From Pseudothermotoga sp. (lineage in GTDB: Bacteria; Thermotogota; Thermotogae; Thermotogales; DSM-5069): a stretch of DNA of 64,000 bases. The position numbers were made by a program, and so were the translations under genes. The notes beneath the pieces are model-generated. The model worked only from the letters and a program-made list of their open reading frames with translations, was not told the DNA's origin and ran no database searches. Location of the stretch: NCBI GenBank assembly GCA_031962025.1, contig JAVRKW010000001.1; one strand, 5' to 3'. Shown piece by piece: positions 10,486 to 20,900 of the stretch (positions within the stretch are counted from its first letter, which is position 1; the number at the start of each line of letters is the position of its first letter).

Positions 10486-10784
10486 GAAAAACACCTCAAT
10501 TCCTTTTTAGAAGCTGACATCAAAGCATTTGTCCAGTATATTGTTCACATCAAGTCAACTTACGTTGTCATTATATGCATGTATTTCCGGAAAAAATACT
10601 AAGAAATTTTTAAGATTCATTTACAATAGAGATCAGACACACGATCCTTACGAGTTTATCGATACGTACTGGTTTATAAGCAAGACTCGTTAACTATTGT
10701 GAACATCAGAGAAATCATCAACCCGTTTTTATTTCTTACTGATTCTTCTTTTTTCGGAAAAATTGTTGTATATTATTAATTGCC

Positions 10785-11303
10785 ATGGACGAGTTTGATC
10801 TTATGACATATCTGAAAAATGTCCAGTTAAAAGAGAAAATAGACAGCAGAATCTCATGGGATGAATATTTCATGAGAATATGTCAGCTTGTAAGTGAAAG
10901 ATCTACCTGTACTCACAGAAAAGTAGGAGCAGTTATAGTCAGGGAAAATAGGATCCTTGCCACGGGATACAATCAGCCTCCTTCTGGCTTTCCACACTGT
11001 GATTCAATAGGCTGTATAAGAGATGATCTTAAGATACCTTCTGGTAGAAATCAGGAGATTTGCTACGGATTACACGCAGAACAAAATGCGCTGATGCAGG
11101 CAGCTAAATTTGGGATCTCAACAAACAAAGCAACCATTTACGTGACAACAAAACCATGTTCGGTATGTGCAAGGCTTATAATAAATGCGGGCATAGTACG
11201 GGTCGTTTATTTTTCAGATTACCCCGATCCGTTAACTGATTATTTTTTCAAAACTTGCGGGATAAATGTGCAACTCGTTGGAGGTGAATATTTTGAAGGT
11301 TGA
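10785..11303 (+). CDS. dCMP deaminase family protein (ComEB-like)
   Basis: RSTC, VGAVIV, TGYN, HAEQNA, PCSVC zinc motifs. Confidence 0.92.
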   Translation: MDEFDLMTYLKNVQLKEKIDSRISWDEYFMRICQLVSERSTCTHRKVGAVIVRENRILATGYNQPPSGFPHCDSIGCIRDDLKIPSGRNQEICYGLHAEQNALMQAAKFGISTNKATIYVTTKPCSVCARLIINAGIVRVVYFSDYPDPLTDYFFKTCGINVQLVGGEYFEG

Positions 11304-12108
11304 AAAACTGACATCTTATTTACGTCACGACCACTGGCCAACTATATGGTGTCCGGGCTGTGGAAATGGCATCGTATTAAAGGCATTTTTGCAGGCTGTT
11401 GATAACCTTGGCATCAAGCAGGAACGGATGGCTGTTGTATCAGGTATAGGATGTTCATCCAGAGCCACTGGTTATATAGATTTCAATACCTTGCACACAT
11501 TGCATGGAAGAGCTATCGCATTCGCAACAGGCGTGAAACTCGCCAAACCCGATTTCCAGGTTGCTGTACTTGGCGGTGATGGTGATATCCTTGCCATAGG
11601 TGGGAATCACTTCATTCATGCTTGCCGCAGGAATATCGACATCACAATTGTTGTTTTCAACAACATGATATACGGCATGACAGGCGGTCAGAACTCTCCT
11701 ACCACGCCGTTTGAAAAAGTTGCTTCGACAACACCTTATGGCAACATTGAAAAACCATTCGATGTTGTTAAAATGGCAATCGCCGCGGGTGCCACTTATG
11801 TTGCAAGAGCGACTGTATACCATTATCCGCTTTTGGTACGCTATATAACCAACGCTCTGAGCCACAAAGGTACATCTGTTGTGGAAGCGGTTACAAACTG
11901 TCACACCTATTACGGAAGGTATAACAAAATAGGTGATGCTCCAGAGATGATTGAATATTTCAAGAAAAACAGCGTCATGCTGGACAAAGCTAAGCAAATG
12001 TCTCAAGAAGAACTCAAAGACAAGATAATCATCGGAGAATTTCACCAGGAAGATAGACCGACCTTTCACGATCTTTACCAGGCTGCAACGAGCCAGATTG
12101 CCAGATAA
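11293..12108 (+). CDS. 2-oxoacid:ferredoxin oxidoreductase beta subunit
   Basis: WCPGCG, SGIGCSS, HTLHGRA, GGDGD...NN TPP motif; TTG start after GGAGGTG. Confidence 0.93.
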   Translation: MKVEKLTSYLRHDHWPTIWCPGCGNGIVLKAFLQAVDNLGIKQERMAVVSGIGCSSRATGYIDFNTLHTLHGRAIAFATGVKLAKPDFQVAVLGGDGDILAIGGNHFIHACRRNIDITIVVFNNMIYGMTGGQNSPTTPFEKVASTTPYGNIEKPFDVVKMAIAAGATYVARATVYHYPLLVRYITNALSHKGTSVVEAVTNCHTYYGRYNKIGDAPEMIEYFKKNSVMLDKAKQMSQEELKDKIIIGEFHQEDRPTFHDLYQAATSQIAR

Positions 12109-12121
12109 GGAGGTGTGAGAG

Positions 12122-12718
12122 TTGAATAACGAGCCTTTGAGTGTAAGAGTGGCAGGAATTGGTGGTCAGGGGAATATACTTGCAGGTAAATTGCTCGCAC
12201 AGGCTGCGGTTTTCAATGGAAAGTATGTCGTTCAGACCCAGCTTTACGGTGCTCAGGTAAGAGGAGGAATAAGCCACTGCGATGTGATGATCTGCGATGA
12301 TTGGATAGATTTTCCCGAAGCTTCTCAATTCGATGTGATGTATATAATGCACTTAGATGCGTTAAAGGCGTATCTAAAACTTTTAAGACCCAATGGGGTC
12401 ATCTTGATGGATTCAACGTTTACTGAAACATTACCGCAGAGTTTTCACAGGACGAAAAAAGTCTTGATGATTCCACTTGAAAAGATGGCAATTGAGAAAT
12501 TTGGGACGCCAATGGTTAGTAACATGATAGGTTTAGGCGCTCTGGTAAAAGCAACGCAGATTGTCACCCTTGATTCTTTGATCAGATCTGTTCACGAATT
12601 GATCTCTGAAAGATATGTAAAGCTGAACATAGAGGCGATCAACTATGGATATCAGACAACTAACAAAGAGTTCAGGCTCAGAGGCGAACAAAAAGTCAGG
12701 ACGATTGGCTTCGAATAA
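12122..12718 (+). CDS. 2-oxoacid:ferredoxin oxidoreductase gamma subunit
   Basis: AGIGGQG, YGAQVRGG, NMIGLGA. Confidence 0.92.
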   Translation: MNNEPLSVRVAGIGGQGNILAGKLLAQAAVFNGKYVVQTQLYGAQVRGGISHCDVMICDDWIDFPEASQFDVMYIMHLDALKAYLKLLRPNGVILMDSTFTETLPQSFHRTKKVLMIPLEKMAIEKFGTPMVSNMIGLGALVKATQIVTLDSLIRSVHELISERYVKLNIEAINYGYQTTNKEFRLRGEQKVRTIGFE

Positions 12719-13163
12719 TCTTTTTGATTCTTTTAAGTACGCAATTTCTGGTATAACAGAGGCTATAAGGTGTGAAAGAAACCTGAAAATACATTTTTTC
12801 ATAGGAACTCTGGTTCTGGTAATTTCTTATTTTCTTGATATCTCCAACGGCGAAATGTTGTGGCTTGTTTTTGCCGTTTTTTCAGTGATTGGTATGGAAT
12901 TGATCAACACTGTTGTAGAAGTGACAATGGATATTTACAGTGAAAATCACGATCCGCGTATCAAATTTGTCAAGAATGTTGCAGCCGGGGTGGTCTTGTG
13001 GTATTCTTTATTTGCAGTAGTCGTTGGTCTTATTGTCATGGGCAGAGCCATGTTTCACTGGAAATCGGATTTGGGTAGGTTTTTTGCATTGGTGTATGTT
13101 GTTTTCTTTCCGGTTGTTGTTCTTGCTGGAGGGTTGAAGAGACGTGGCAGGCGCAAAAATTAA
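12705..13163 (+). CDS. Diacylglycerol/undecaprenol kinase (DgkA family); start uncertain
   Basis: SFKYAISGI, ERNLKIH, ELINTVVE, KNVAAG; several TM helices. Confidence 0.85.
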   Translation: MASNNLFDSFKYAISGITEAIRCERNLKIHFFIGTLVLVISYFLDISNGEMLWLVFAVFSVIGMELINTVVEVTMDIYSENHDPRIKFVKNVAAGVVLWYSLFAVVVGLIVMGRAMFHWKSDLGRFFALVYVVFFPVVVLAGGLKRRGRRKN

Positions 13164-14184
13164 TGTGGTTGTTGTCGATGATTCTGCGTTTATGAGAATG
13201 GTTCTCAAAGACATCATAGATAGTCAAGCCGATATGCAGGTAGTCGGCGTGGCGAAGGATGGTTTAGAAGCACTCGAAGTTATACAGCAGAAAAAGCCAG
13301 ATGTTGTCACTCTTGATGTAGAAATGCCCCGGATGAATGGCATAGAGACCCTGAGAAATATCATGTCCAGATTCCCAACGCGCGTTATTATGGTGAGCAG
13401 CTTGACAGAAGAAGGTGCAGACATCACGATCACGGCACTTTCAATAGGAGCTGTAGATTTTCTAACAAAACCTTCTGGTTCTACTTCTTTGAGCTTCAGA
13501 GAAGTTGCAGATGTACTGGTTCAAAAAATAAGAACGGCTATTTCCATAGACCCATCTAAATTGTCATCAAAACCGCTTTCTTCCAAAGTTCTAACGACTC
13601 CAAGAAAAATCTCTACTTCTGAAAAAGCAGTTGTGATAGGTTCATCGACCGGAGGTCCCAGATCACTTGATCAGATTATCCCGGCGCTGCCAAAAGATTT
13701 CCCAGCGCCCATTTTTTTAGTTCAGCACATGCCTCCTATGTTCACAAAGTCACTTGCAATGCGCCTGAACTCTCTCTCAAATGTTCAGGTCAAAGAAGCT
13801 GAGGACAATGAAGTTGTCAAAAAAGGCGTTGTTTACGTTGCTCCCGGTGATTATCACATGGGAGTTAAATCAGATGGTGGTGTAATAAAGATCTTTCTGG
13901 ACAAATCTGATAAAATAAACAACGTCAGACCGGCTGTTGATTTCACTCTCATGAAAGTTGCAGAAATTTACAAAGCCAATACCATAGGTGTTATTCTCAC
14001 AGGCATGGGCAGAGATGGTGCAAAGGGTGCTTTTAAGGTAAAATATTATTCTGGTAAAGTGATAGCCGAAGATGAATCAACCTGTGTTGTCTATGGTATG
14101 CCAAAAGCCGTTGTTGAAGAAGGATACGCCGATTTTGTTTTACCTGCTCACAAAATAGCTGAAAAACTTGTGGAAATTGTATAA
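13144..14184 (+). CDS. cheB: Chemotaxis response regulator protein-glutamate methylesterase
   Basis: Receiver VVDDS...DVEMP; esterase GSSTGGP, VQHMP, RPAVD, LTGMGRDGA. Confidence 0.97.
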   Translation: MAGAKINVVVVDDSAFMRMVLKDIIDSQADMQVVGVAKDGLEALEVIQQKKPDVVTLDVEMPRMNGIETLRNIMSRFPTRVIMVSSLTEEGADITITALSIGAVDFLTKPSGSTSLSFREVADVLVQKIRTAISIDPSKLSSKPLSSKVLTTPRKISTSEKAVVIGSSTGGPRSLDQIIPALPKDFPAPIFLVQHMPPMFTKSLAMRLNSLSNVQVKEAEDNEVVKKGVVYVAPGDYHMGVKSDGGVIKIFLDKSDKINNVRPAVDFTLMKVAEIYKANTIGVILTGMGRDGAKGAFKVKYYSGKVIAEDESTCVVYGMPKAVVEEGYADFVLPAHKIAEKLVEIV

Positions 14185-14221
14185 GAAGATTGTATAAAAT
14201 TAAGAAAAAGGGGAGATAAGG

Positions 14222-15043
14222 GTGAAAAAACTTTTTATCCTGTTTTCTCTTTTGATGTCTGTGGTGATTTTTGGGGGGTATCTGACCGTAACTTATGTGA
14301 TTCAATCTGGTGATAACTTATATGACATCGCCAGGAAATTCAAAGTTTCTGCTTCGACAATCCTTGACTGGAATAACTTATCAAATCCGCTGAAGTTAAA
14401 ACCAGGACAACAGATTACGATTCCACAGCCAGAAGGTTTTATCTACGTTGTGAAGCAGGGTGATAGTCTCTACACGATTGCTCGCATGTTTTTCACAACG
14501 GTCAGCGACATAATGATAGCCAACGAGCTGAGTTCTGATTTCATAAAGCCAGGACAAAAATTATTTGTTCCAAGCAAAAGCGTTGGAAAGGCTTTCAACA
14601 CAGAAAAAGGTTATATATGGCCTGTATATGGTGTGATTTCCTCTCCGTATGGCTGGCGCATTCACCCTGTGAATAAGCAGATGTCATTTCATTCTGGAGT
14701 GGACATAGCCGCACCGGAAGGTACGCCTATTTTCTCATCCACTTCAGGTGTGGTATCTTTTGCCGGAGAAAAATCCGGGTATGGTTTAATGGTTGAGATC
14801 AAATCGAATAACAGCATAGTTCGGTATGGGCATCTTTCGAAAATAACTGTCTATGTTGGTCAAAAGGTTGAAAGGGGAACTCTGCTGGGCAGAGTGGGTA
14901 GTACAGGTGTAAGTACAGGGCCTCATCTGCACTTTGAGGTGCTTGTGAACAACAGCACCGTCAATCCTCTGGCTCTATTACCATCTTCAGACAAAGTCTA
15001 CGTCTTGAAAGAAGGCATCCAAGCGGCGGCTGGTGGAGAGTAA
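14222..15043 (+). CDS. LysM-repeat M23 family peptidase
   Basis: Signal peptide, two LysM repeats (YVIQSGDNL, YVVKQGDSL), HSGVD and HLHFEV zinc motifs. Confidence 0.92.
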   Translation: MKKLFILFSLLMSVVIFGGYLTVTYVIQSGDNLYDIARKFKVSASTILDWNNLSNPLKLKPGQQITIPQPEGFIYVVKQGDSLYTIARMFFTTVSDIMIANELSSDFIKPGQKLFVPSKSVGKAFNTEKGYIWPVYGVISSPYGWRIHPVNKQMSFHSGVDIAAPEGTPIFSSTSGVVSFAGEKSGYGLMVEIKSNNSIVRYGHLSKITVYVGQKVERGTLLGRVGSTGVSTGPHLHFEVLVNNSTVNPLALLPSSDKVYVLKEGIQAAAGGE

Positions 15044-15796
15044 TCAGTGCTCTTTCAACCACGATATCAAATCGTTCATAAAAATGGGCGCGTTTTTTTC
15101 ATCTTCAAACAGCTCATGAAATCCGTCTTTGTATATTTTCAACACTTTGTCTGATGAACTAATCGAATTGAAAAACTGCTTTGCACCATCTGCAAGTGTT
15201 ATAGCATCTTTTTCTCCAACCGCTATAAAGCACGGAATATTTATTTTTTTCGCTTCTTTCAAGGCGAGTTTCGAATTTACAAACATGTCGTGAGCGAGTT
15301 TAGCACTTATCTTTTTGTGAACAAACGGGTCTTGTACGTACCTTTTTACGGCTTCTTTGTTCGGCGAAAGATCATTTGGATCTATCCCGTTGTTAAAGCT
15401 CAATTTTGGTGCTATCAGTGAAAAGAAAGCCGCGGTGAATCTCAGTAAGAAATTGTCTTTTGAGAGTTTCAGAGCCGGTGAACTAACTATCAGTCCGCGC
15501 AGTTTATTGTTGAGTTGAGCATACCTTATGGCTATCAGACCACCAAGACTATGTCCCATCAGAAATGGGTTTGGGTGTGATTCAACCAGCTTGTCAAGAA
15601 AGCTGAAAATCTCCTTGAACGATGCATGACCTCTTTTGCCGGGGGTTTCACCATGACCGGGCAGATCAAAGGTGATCAAACCGTAATCCTGGCTTTGAAG
15701 CAGATCTGATAACCATCGATATCTTTTTGAATGTTCTCCCAAACCATGAACCAGTATTACATATCCTCTGCTACCGTGAAACTCTTTTACCCACAT
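15044..15796 (-). CDS. Alpha/beta hydrolase (lysophospholipase/monoacylglycerol lipase-like)
   Basis: HGLGEHS, DLPGHG, GHSLGG nucleophile elbow, FHELF; ATG at 15796 after GGAGG. Confidence 0.9.
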   Translation of the reverse strand: MWVKEFHGSRGYVILVHGLGEHSKRYRWLSDLLQSQDYGLITFDLPGHGETPGKRGHASFKEIFSFLDKLVESHPNPFLMGHSLGGLIAIRYAQLNNKLRGLIVSSPALKLSKDNFLLRFTAAFFSLIAPKLSFNNGIDPNDLSPNKEAVKRYVQDPFVHKKISAKLAHDMFVNSKLALKEAKKINIPCFIAVGEKDAITLADGAKQFFNSISSSDKVLKIYKDGFHELFEDEKNAPIFMNDLISWLKEH

Positions 15797-17927
15797 CTTC
15801 TTCTCCCTCCAGCAGTTCGAAGTCCACCTCACCAGAAATCTTGTTTGCGTTGATCACCTTTGCCTTAACCACATCACCTATTTTGAATATTCGACCAGTT
15901 CTTTCACCGATCAATATGTTTTTCTTCTCGTCATAGTTATAATAATCATCCAGGGTTGATATGTGTATCAATCCAGATATGAGTTTATCTGGAATCTCTA
16001 CAAACAAGCCAAATCTTGTGACGTTGGTTATAACCACGTCGAATACCTTTCCTATGTATTTGCTTATGTACTCAACCTTTTTTATACTGATTAAATCCCA
16101 TTCGGCTTCATCTGCTATTCTTTCACGTTTACTGCAGTGTTCTGCAATCTTTGGGAGTAATTGCGAATAAACCTCGATTTGCTTTGGCGTAAATTTGCCG
16201 CCCTGCTTGAGATACAATTTCAAAAGTCTGTGTACAACAAGATCCGGGTATCTTCTAATTGGAGACGTAAAATGGGTATAAGCAAAAGATGCCAAACCAA
16301 AGTGACCGACATTGAAGGCTGAATAAATCGCACGCTTCATGGAACGAACAAGGAGCTTTTCAACGCTCGATTTGAGTGGGTGATCTTTTACAGCTTCGAG
16401 TATTTTCTGAAAAACGCTTGGATGAACTGTTTTGGGAAATTTTATCTTCAGTCCCAATGCCTGAACGTATTCTCTCAACTGAAGCAGAATTTCTGGATCT
16501 GGTTGCTCGTGTATTCTGTACACAAAAGGCAAACCCGAGTTGTGAAAGATTTCAGCTACGGTTTCATTGGCTTTTATCATGAATTCTTCTATCAAAATCT
16601 CTGCTTCGCCTCTTTTGCGTGGAAGTATATCGACAACACGGCCTTGCTGGTCTGTTATTATATCGACCTCGCCACCTTCTACGTCGAGAATCGCACCTCT
16701 GCGTCTTCTGTTATCTCTGAGAATTTTGGACAATTCACGCATCAGATCCAGTGAATGGCATATTCTTTTACCAAGTTGTTCTTTGGCAGATCTGTCACCT
16801 GAAAAGTACCTGTTCACAAGGGTATAGGTAAGACGCCTCTTGCTCTTTATCACACTCGGGGATATTTTATAACTTAGAGTGTTACCCTCATGGTCTATAA
16901 TCATCTGAACGGTGAACGTAAGTCTCTCTTTTCCTTCAACTAAACTGCACAAGACATTTGACAGTTTGAAAGGTAACATAGGTATGACTTTATCGAGCAG
17001 ATAAACACTCGTGCCTCTGGAAAATGCTTCCTGGTCAACTGCGGAACCTTCTTTCACATAATGAGAGACATCGGCAATGTGTACTGATAAGAGATATTTT
17101 TTCTTGGAGAGTTTTTTTATCGAGACTGCGTCATCAAAATCCTTTGCGTCTTCGCCGTCTATGGTGAATACAATTTGATTTGTAAAATCTTCCCTACCTT
17201 CTTTTTCCCTGTCAGATATTTCATCGGATAACTCATTGATCTGTCGCATAACCTCAGCCGGGAACTCTTCTTTTAACCCGTGTTTGGCTATAACACTTGG
17301 AATATCTACCGCAGGATCGTTGACATCACCGAGCACATTCACAACCTCAGCCTGGGGGTATCTACCGTGTGATGGCCATTTGGTGATCTTTGCTATGACT
17401 TTTTGTCCGGGTTTTGCACCGTTTATACGTTCTAAGGGGACATAAAAATCGTAAATGATCTTTGAATCATCTGGTATCACATAAAAAAGGGATCTTTTGA
17501 GCTGAAGGACTCCAACTATTCTGTCTCTGCCACGTTCTAAAACTTTTATAACCCTTCCCATGGGAAGGTTTCTCCACATGCCTGTTATTTCAATCAGTAC
17601 TTTGTCACCGTGTAAAGCGCCGTTTGTCTCATCAACTGGAACAGCTACTTCTTTACCGTCTTCTAGTATAACGAATGCCATATTTCCTCGGCGGGTGAAT
17701 TCAATTGTACCAGCGATTGAATCTTCACCAATCTTGCGGTATCGTCCTCTGCCGTCCGTAAAAATTTTTCCTTCCTTGACAAGTTCATTTAGTACGAATT
17801 TGACTTTTTTTCTATAGTTCTTATTCTTCACACCAAGTATTTTGAGCAATTCTTTCAGTGTTAATTTTGGATTATTGGAAAGGATTTGTTCAATTTTTGT
17901 TCTCAAGTCAGTGGTAGATTGTGACAC
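15771..17927 (-). CDS. rnr: Ribonuclease R
   Basis: FTIDGEDAKDFDDA, HIADVSHYV, HFTSPIRRYPDL, cold-shock and C-terminal S1 domains. Confidence 0.96.
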   Translation of the reverse strand: MSQSTTDLRTKIEQILSNNPKLTLKELLKILGVKNKNYRKKVKFVLNELVKEGKIFTDGRGRYRKIGEDSIAGTIEFTRRGNMAFVILEDGKEVAVPVDETNGALHGDKVLIEITGMWRNLPMGRVIKVLERGRDRIVGVLQLKRSLFYVIPDDSKIIYDFYVPLERINGAKPGQKVIAKITKWPSHGRYPQAEVVNVLGDVNDPAVDIPSVIAKHGLKEEFPAEVMRQINELSDEISDREKEGREDFTNQIVFTIDGEDAKDFDDAVSIKKLSKKKYLLSVHIADVSHYVKEGSAVDQEAFSRGTSVYLLDKVIPMLPFKLSNVLCSLVEGKERLTFTVQMIIDHEGNTLSYKISPSVIKSKRRLTYTLVNRYFSGDRSAKEQLGKRICHSLDLMRELSKILRDNRRRRGAILDVEGGEVDIITDQQGRVVDILPRKRGEAEILIEEFMIKANETVAEIFHNSGLPFVYRIHEQPDPEILLQLREYVQALGLKIKFPKTVHPSVFQKILEAVKDHPLKSSVEKLLVRSMKRAIYSAFNVGHFGLASFAYTHFTSPIRRYPDLVVHRLLKLYLKQGGKFTPKQIEVYSQLLPKIAEHCSKRERIADEAEWDLISIKKVEYISKYIGKVFDVVITNVTRFGLFVEIPDKLISGLIHISTLDDYYNYDEKKNILIGERTGRIFKIGDVVKAKVINANKISGEVDFELLEGEEDVGKRVSR

Positions 17928-20900
17928 ATGCCTTACCCCTTTCCTTGGACATGTAAGTCGCCTTATCAGCCAGAGCTATTAGATCCTCAGGTTCAAATAC
18001 GGTGTGTTCCGGATAACCGCAAGTGCCAAAACTCATGGTCACACGGAACTCAAATGGATTTGTCTCTATGATCTGATATAAAATTTTTTCAGCAACCCTG
18101 GCGGCATTTTCTTCAGTTGTGTTTGGAAGTATCAATATGAATTCCTCTCCACCATATCTCCCAACGATGTCAGTCGCCCTTGTACTGCTCCTCAACACTG
18201 AAGCAATGAATTTCAACACTTCATCGCCAATCCTATGTCCAAAAGTATCATTTATTTTTTTGAAATCGTCTATATCGCACATTACTACTGAAAAATTACC
18301 ACCATATCTTCTCACTCTTTCAAATTCTTCGTGCAAACGCGTCATGAAATACCAGCGCGTGTACAACCCAGTCAACGGGTCGGTAATACTTCTATGGTAG
18401 ATGATTATATTTCTCAATACGTAAACAACCATTTCCTGCAGGTTCAAAACCATTTTTGTGAGCTCATATCCAGAGGATTCGTCAAGGTGTAAGGACTGAT
18501 TGGCAACATACAAAACAACCTTGAAACCATCGTATACCTCTATTTCGGTGCACAATTCAAAAGGTGTGTAGGAGACTTTGGTTTGTTCCGGTATCTGATT
18601 GATGTTAAAACCGGCGTACTCTAGAACCTTGCCGTGTGAATCGCACAATGCCAGTCCCACCGAAGATATCGGAAGAAGGTTCATCATCTTTGAAACGAGA
18701 AATTCCATGACTGTATAGATCTCATCCTGTGGATCAGTGACTTTGAGTATGTCAAGGATATCCTGCACAAAAGCGTAGTTTCTTGCAGTTCTTTCAAGCT
18801 GTTCCTGAATATCCTTCAAAGGTTGTTCAAAAGACTCACCCAGTTTTGACCGTAGTTCGTTTAATATTCCAAGTGCGTTTTTTCCATGCAAAAGATTCAT
18901 CTTTTTCTCAAACCAAAGTGCGGCATTCAAAAATGACCTTGTTCTGTAAATAGAAATCGCTCTTTCTGCGTAATTCATTGCCAGTGGAACAGCACCGATG
19001 GATTTATACGCGAGTGATATTCCTTCATAAACCTGTGCAAGAGATAAAAAGGCTCCACCTTTTATCGCATTTGTTTCGAGTTGTTTTGCAAACTTGAGAA
19101 AACCATCTTTGTCGATTTTCATAAGCCTTTCGGCAAATATCTGGCATGTCTCTTCAGCCCAGTACGGAGTATCTCTCTTGAGAAATCTCTGCCATGCATG
19201 GAAAAATTCATCATCACTTTCAGCCAAAAACAGGTCTCTAAAGTGTACAAATATAGGGTTGTTGATGGCTGGATTTTCAATATTTTCTGATATCACCTGT
19301 CTTGCCTTATCGACACTGTCTGAAAGCGCATAGGCACAGACAATACCTCTCAATGCCCTTTCTTCAATGCCAAGATATCTTTCAATTGACAGCTCGCGGG
19401 AAAAATCTTCCAGTGCATCGTCAAGCTCACGGTTGTACATATGAAAATTTGCTTCTATGAAATAACTGTATGCTTCAGACTCGATATTTCCTGTTATACT
19501 GACAAACTGTCTTAATCTGGCAAGGTCATGAAACATCTTGTTGATATTACCTCTGTACAGATTCACCCATATCATGTTTGACAAAGCAGTCATTGCCAGT
19601 CCATCTGATCCTATTGTGTGTGCAATGTCTATGACCTGTTCCATCAACCTCGATGCTTCCGTACTGGCAGCAAGTCTTACGCCGAGCTCGTTGAGAATCC
19701 GTGCCAAGATCTCCAAGAAACCCTCAGCCTGCGCAATTTGTTTAGCCTGATTTAGGAGCTCTAAATTGCTGATACTGGATCTTTGAGCGTTCTGAGCGAT
19801 CAAAAGAAAGATTTGCGATTTTAATTTTTTATGCAATCTTGTGTCTTTGAGATCGGCAAGCAGTATTTTAACTTCGTCAAGTAATTTCTCAGAGATTTTC
19901 TCTCCTGAAAGCAGGATGCGTCTCATCATGCAAGAAAGTTTTGAAAGTTTGCCATAACTTGTTTTGGATTCAAAAAGTTCGGTCTTTTCCAATTGTTTTG
20001 CAAGGCTCACTTTTGATGCATGCACTAGAGCGCTGTATCTGAAAAAGTCGTATTTTTTACCAAGGCTGAGTGCATATCTTTCTAGTGCATTGGAATCTTG
20101 TTTGATCTGCAGTGCTTTGAGTTTCAAGCTATTTAGAGCGTAGCTTTCTCTGTCTTTCAAAAGTTTATCAACTTCCTCTAACAAAGATATGACTGTCGAG
20201 ACATCGTGATAGTTTGCAAGCTCTTTTCTTGCACTCAAAAGATAGAGTGCAGCCGCAGAGACCTTCCTGCCAAGCATTCTCAAATGCCAGGCTTTTTTCA
20301 CAACATCTTGAATCATCGCTGATAATTTACTGTGTAATCTGGCTTTTTCGCCTGCTTCTATTTTTTCATAGAACAAATTCCAGACATCGAAGGTTATGAA
20401 CCTGTATTTTCCATCTTCCCAGTAAACAAGACCGTTGTCAATTAATTCTGTCAGATTTGAGTTGATTTTCTGTATATCCTGCGAAAGATATTCAAGCTCC
20501 TGAATTGAAAATCTTTCTCCCAGTACAGCTACAAGATGCGCTCCAGATTTAACCAACTTTTCAACAGATGGCTGCAATATCTGTTTGAAGTCCGTTTTGC
20601 TGAGAGTTTCTTGATCGATTTTGATCTTGTTTTCTTCAACTTTAAGAACGTTGTTTTTCACCATGATTCTGATCAGTTCAATTATCTGTCCTGGCAAACC
20701 ACGGCTAATTATGTGAATCCATCTACTGAAATCCTCAACGGCATCTTTACTGGTCATGAACATCGTTGATATCATTTCAACTGTTTTGGAAAGATCAAAT
20801 GGCTCAAGTTCCACAACAAGATCATGAGAAAGTGGAATATCTCTGCTAGACGACGCCAAGATCAGAGTATGTCCAAAGGTGTATTTGTAGTTTTGCAACT

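Noticed and set aside
10495..10784. 290-bp intergenic region as a possible riboswitch or ncRNA
   Set aside because: No recognisable SAM, TPP or T-box motifs and no strong stems; divergent promoters explain it
11455..12069. 204-aa antisense ORF
   Set aside because: Shadow of the oxidoreductase beta gene; no motifs or RBS
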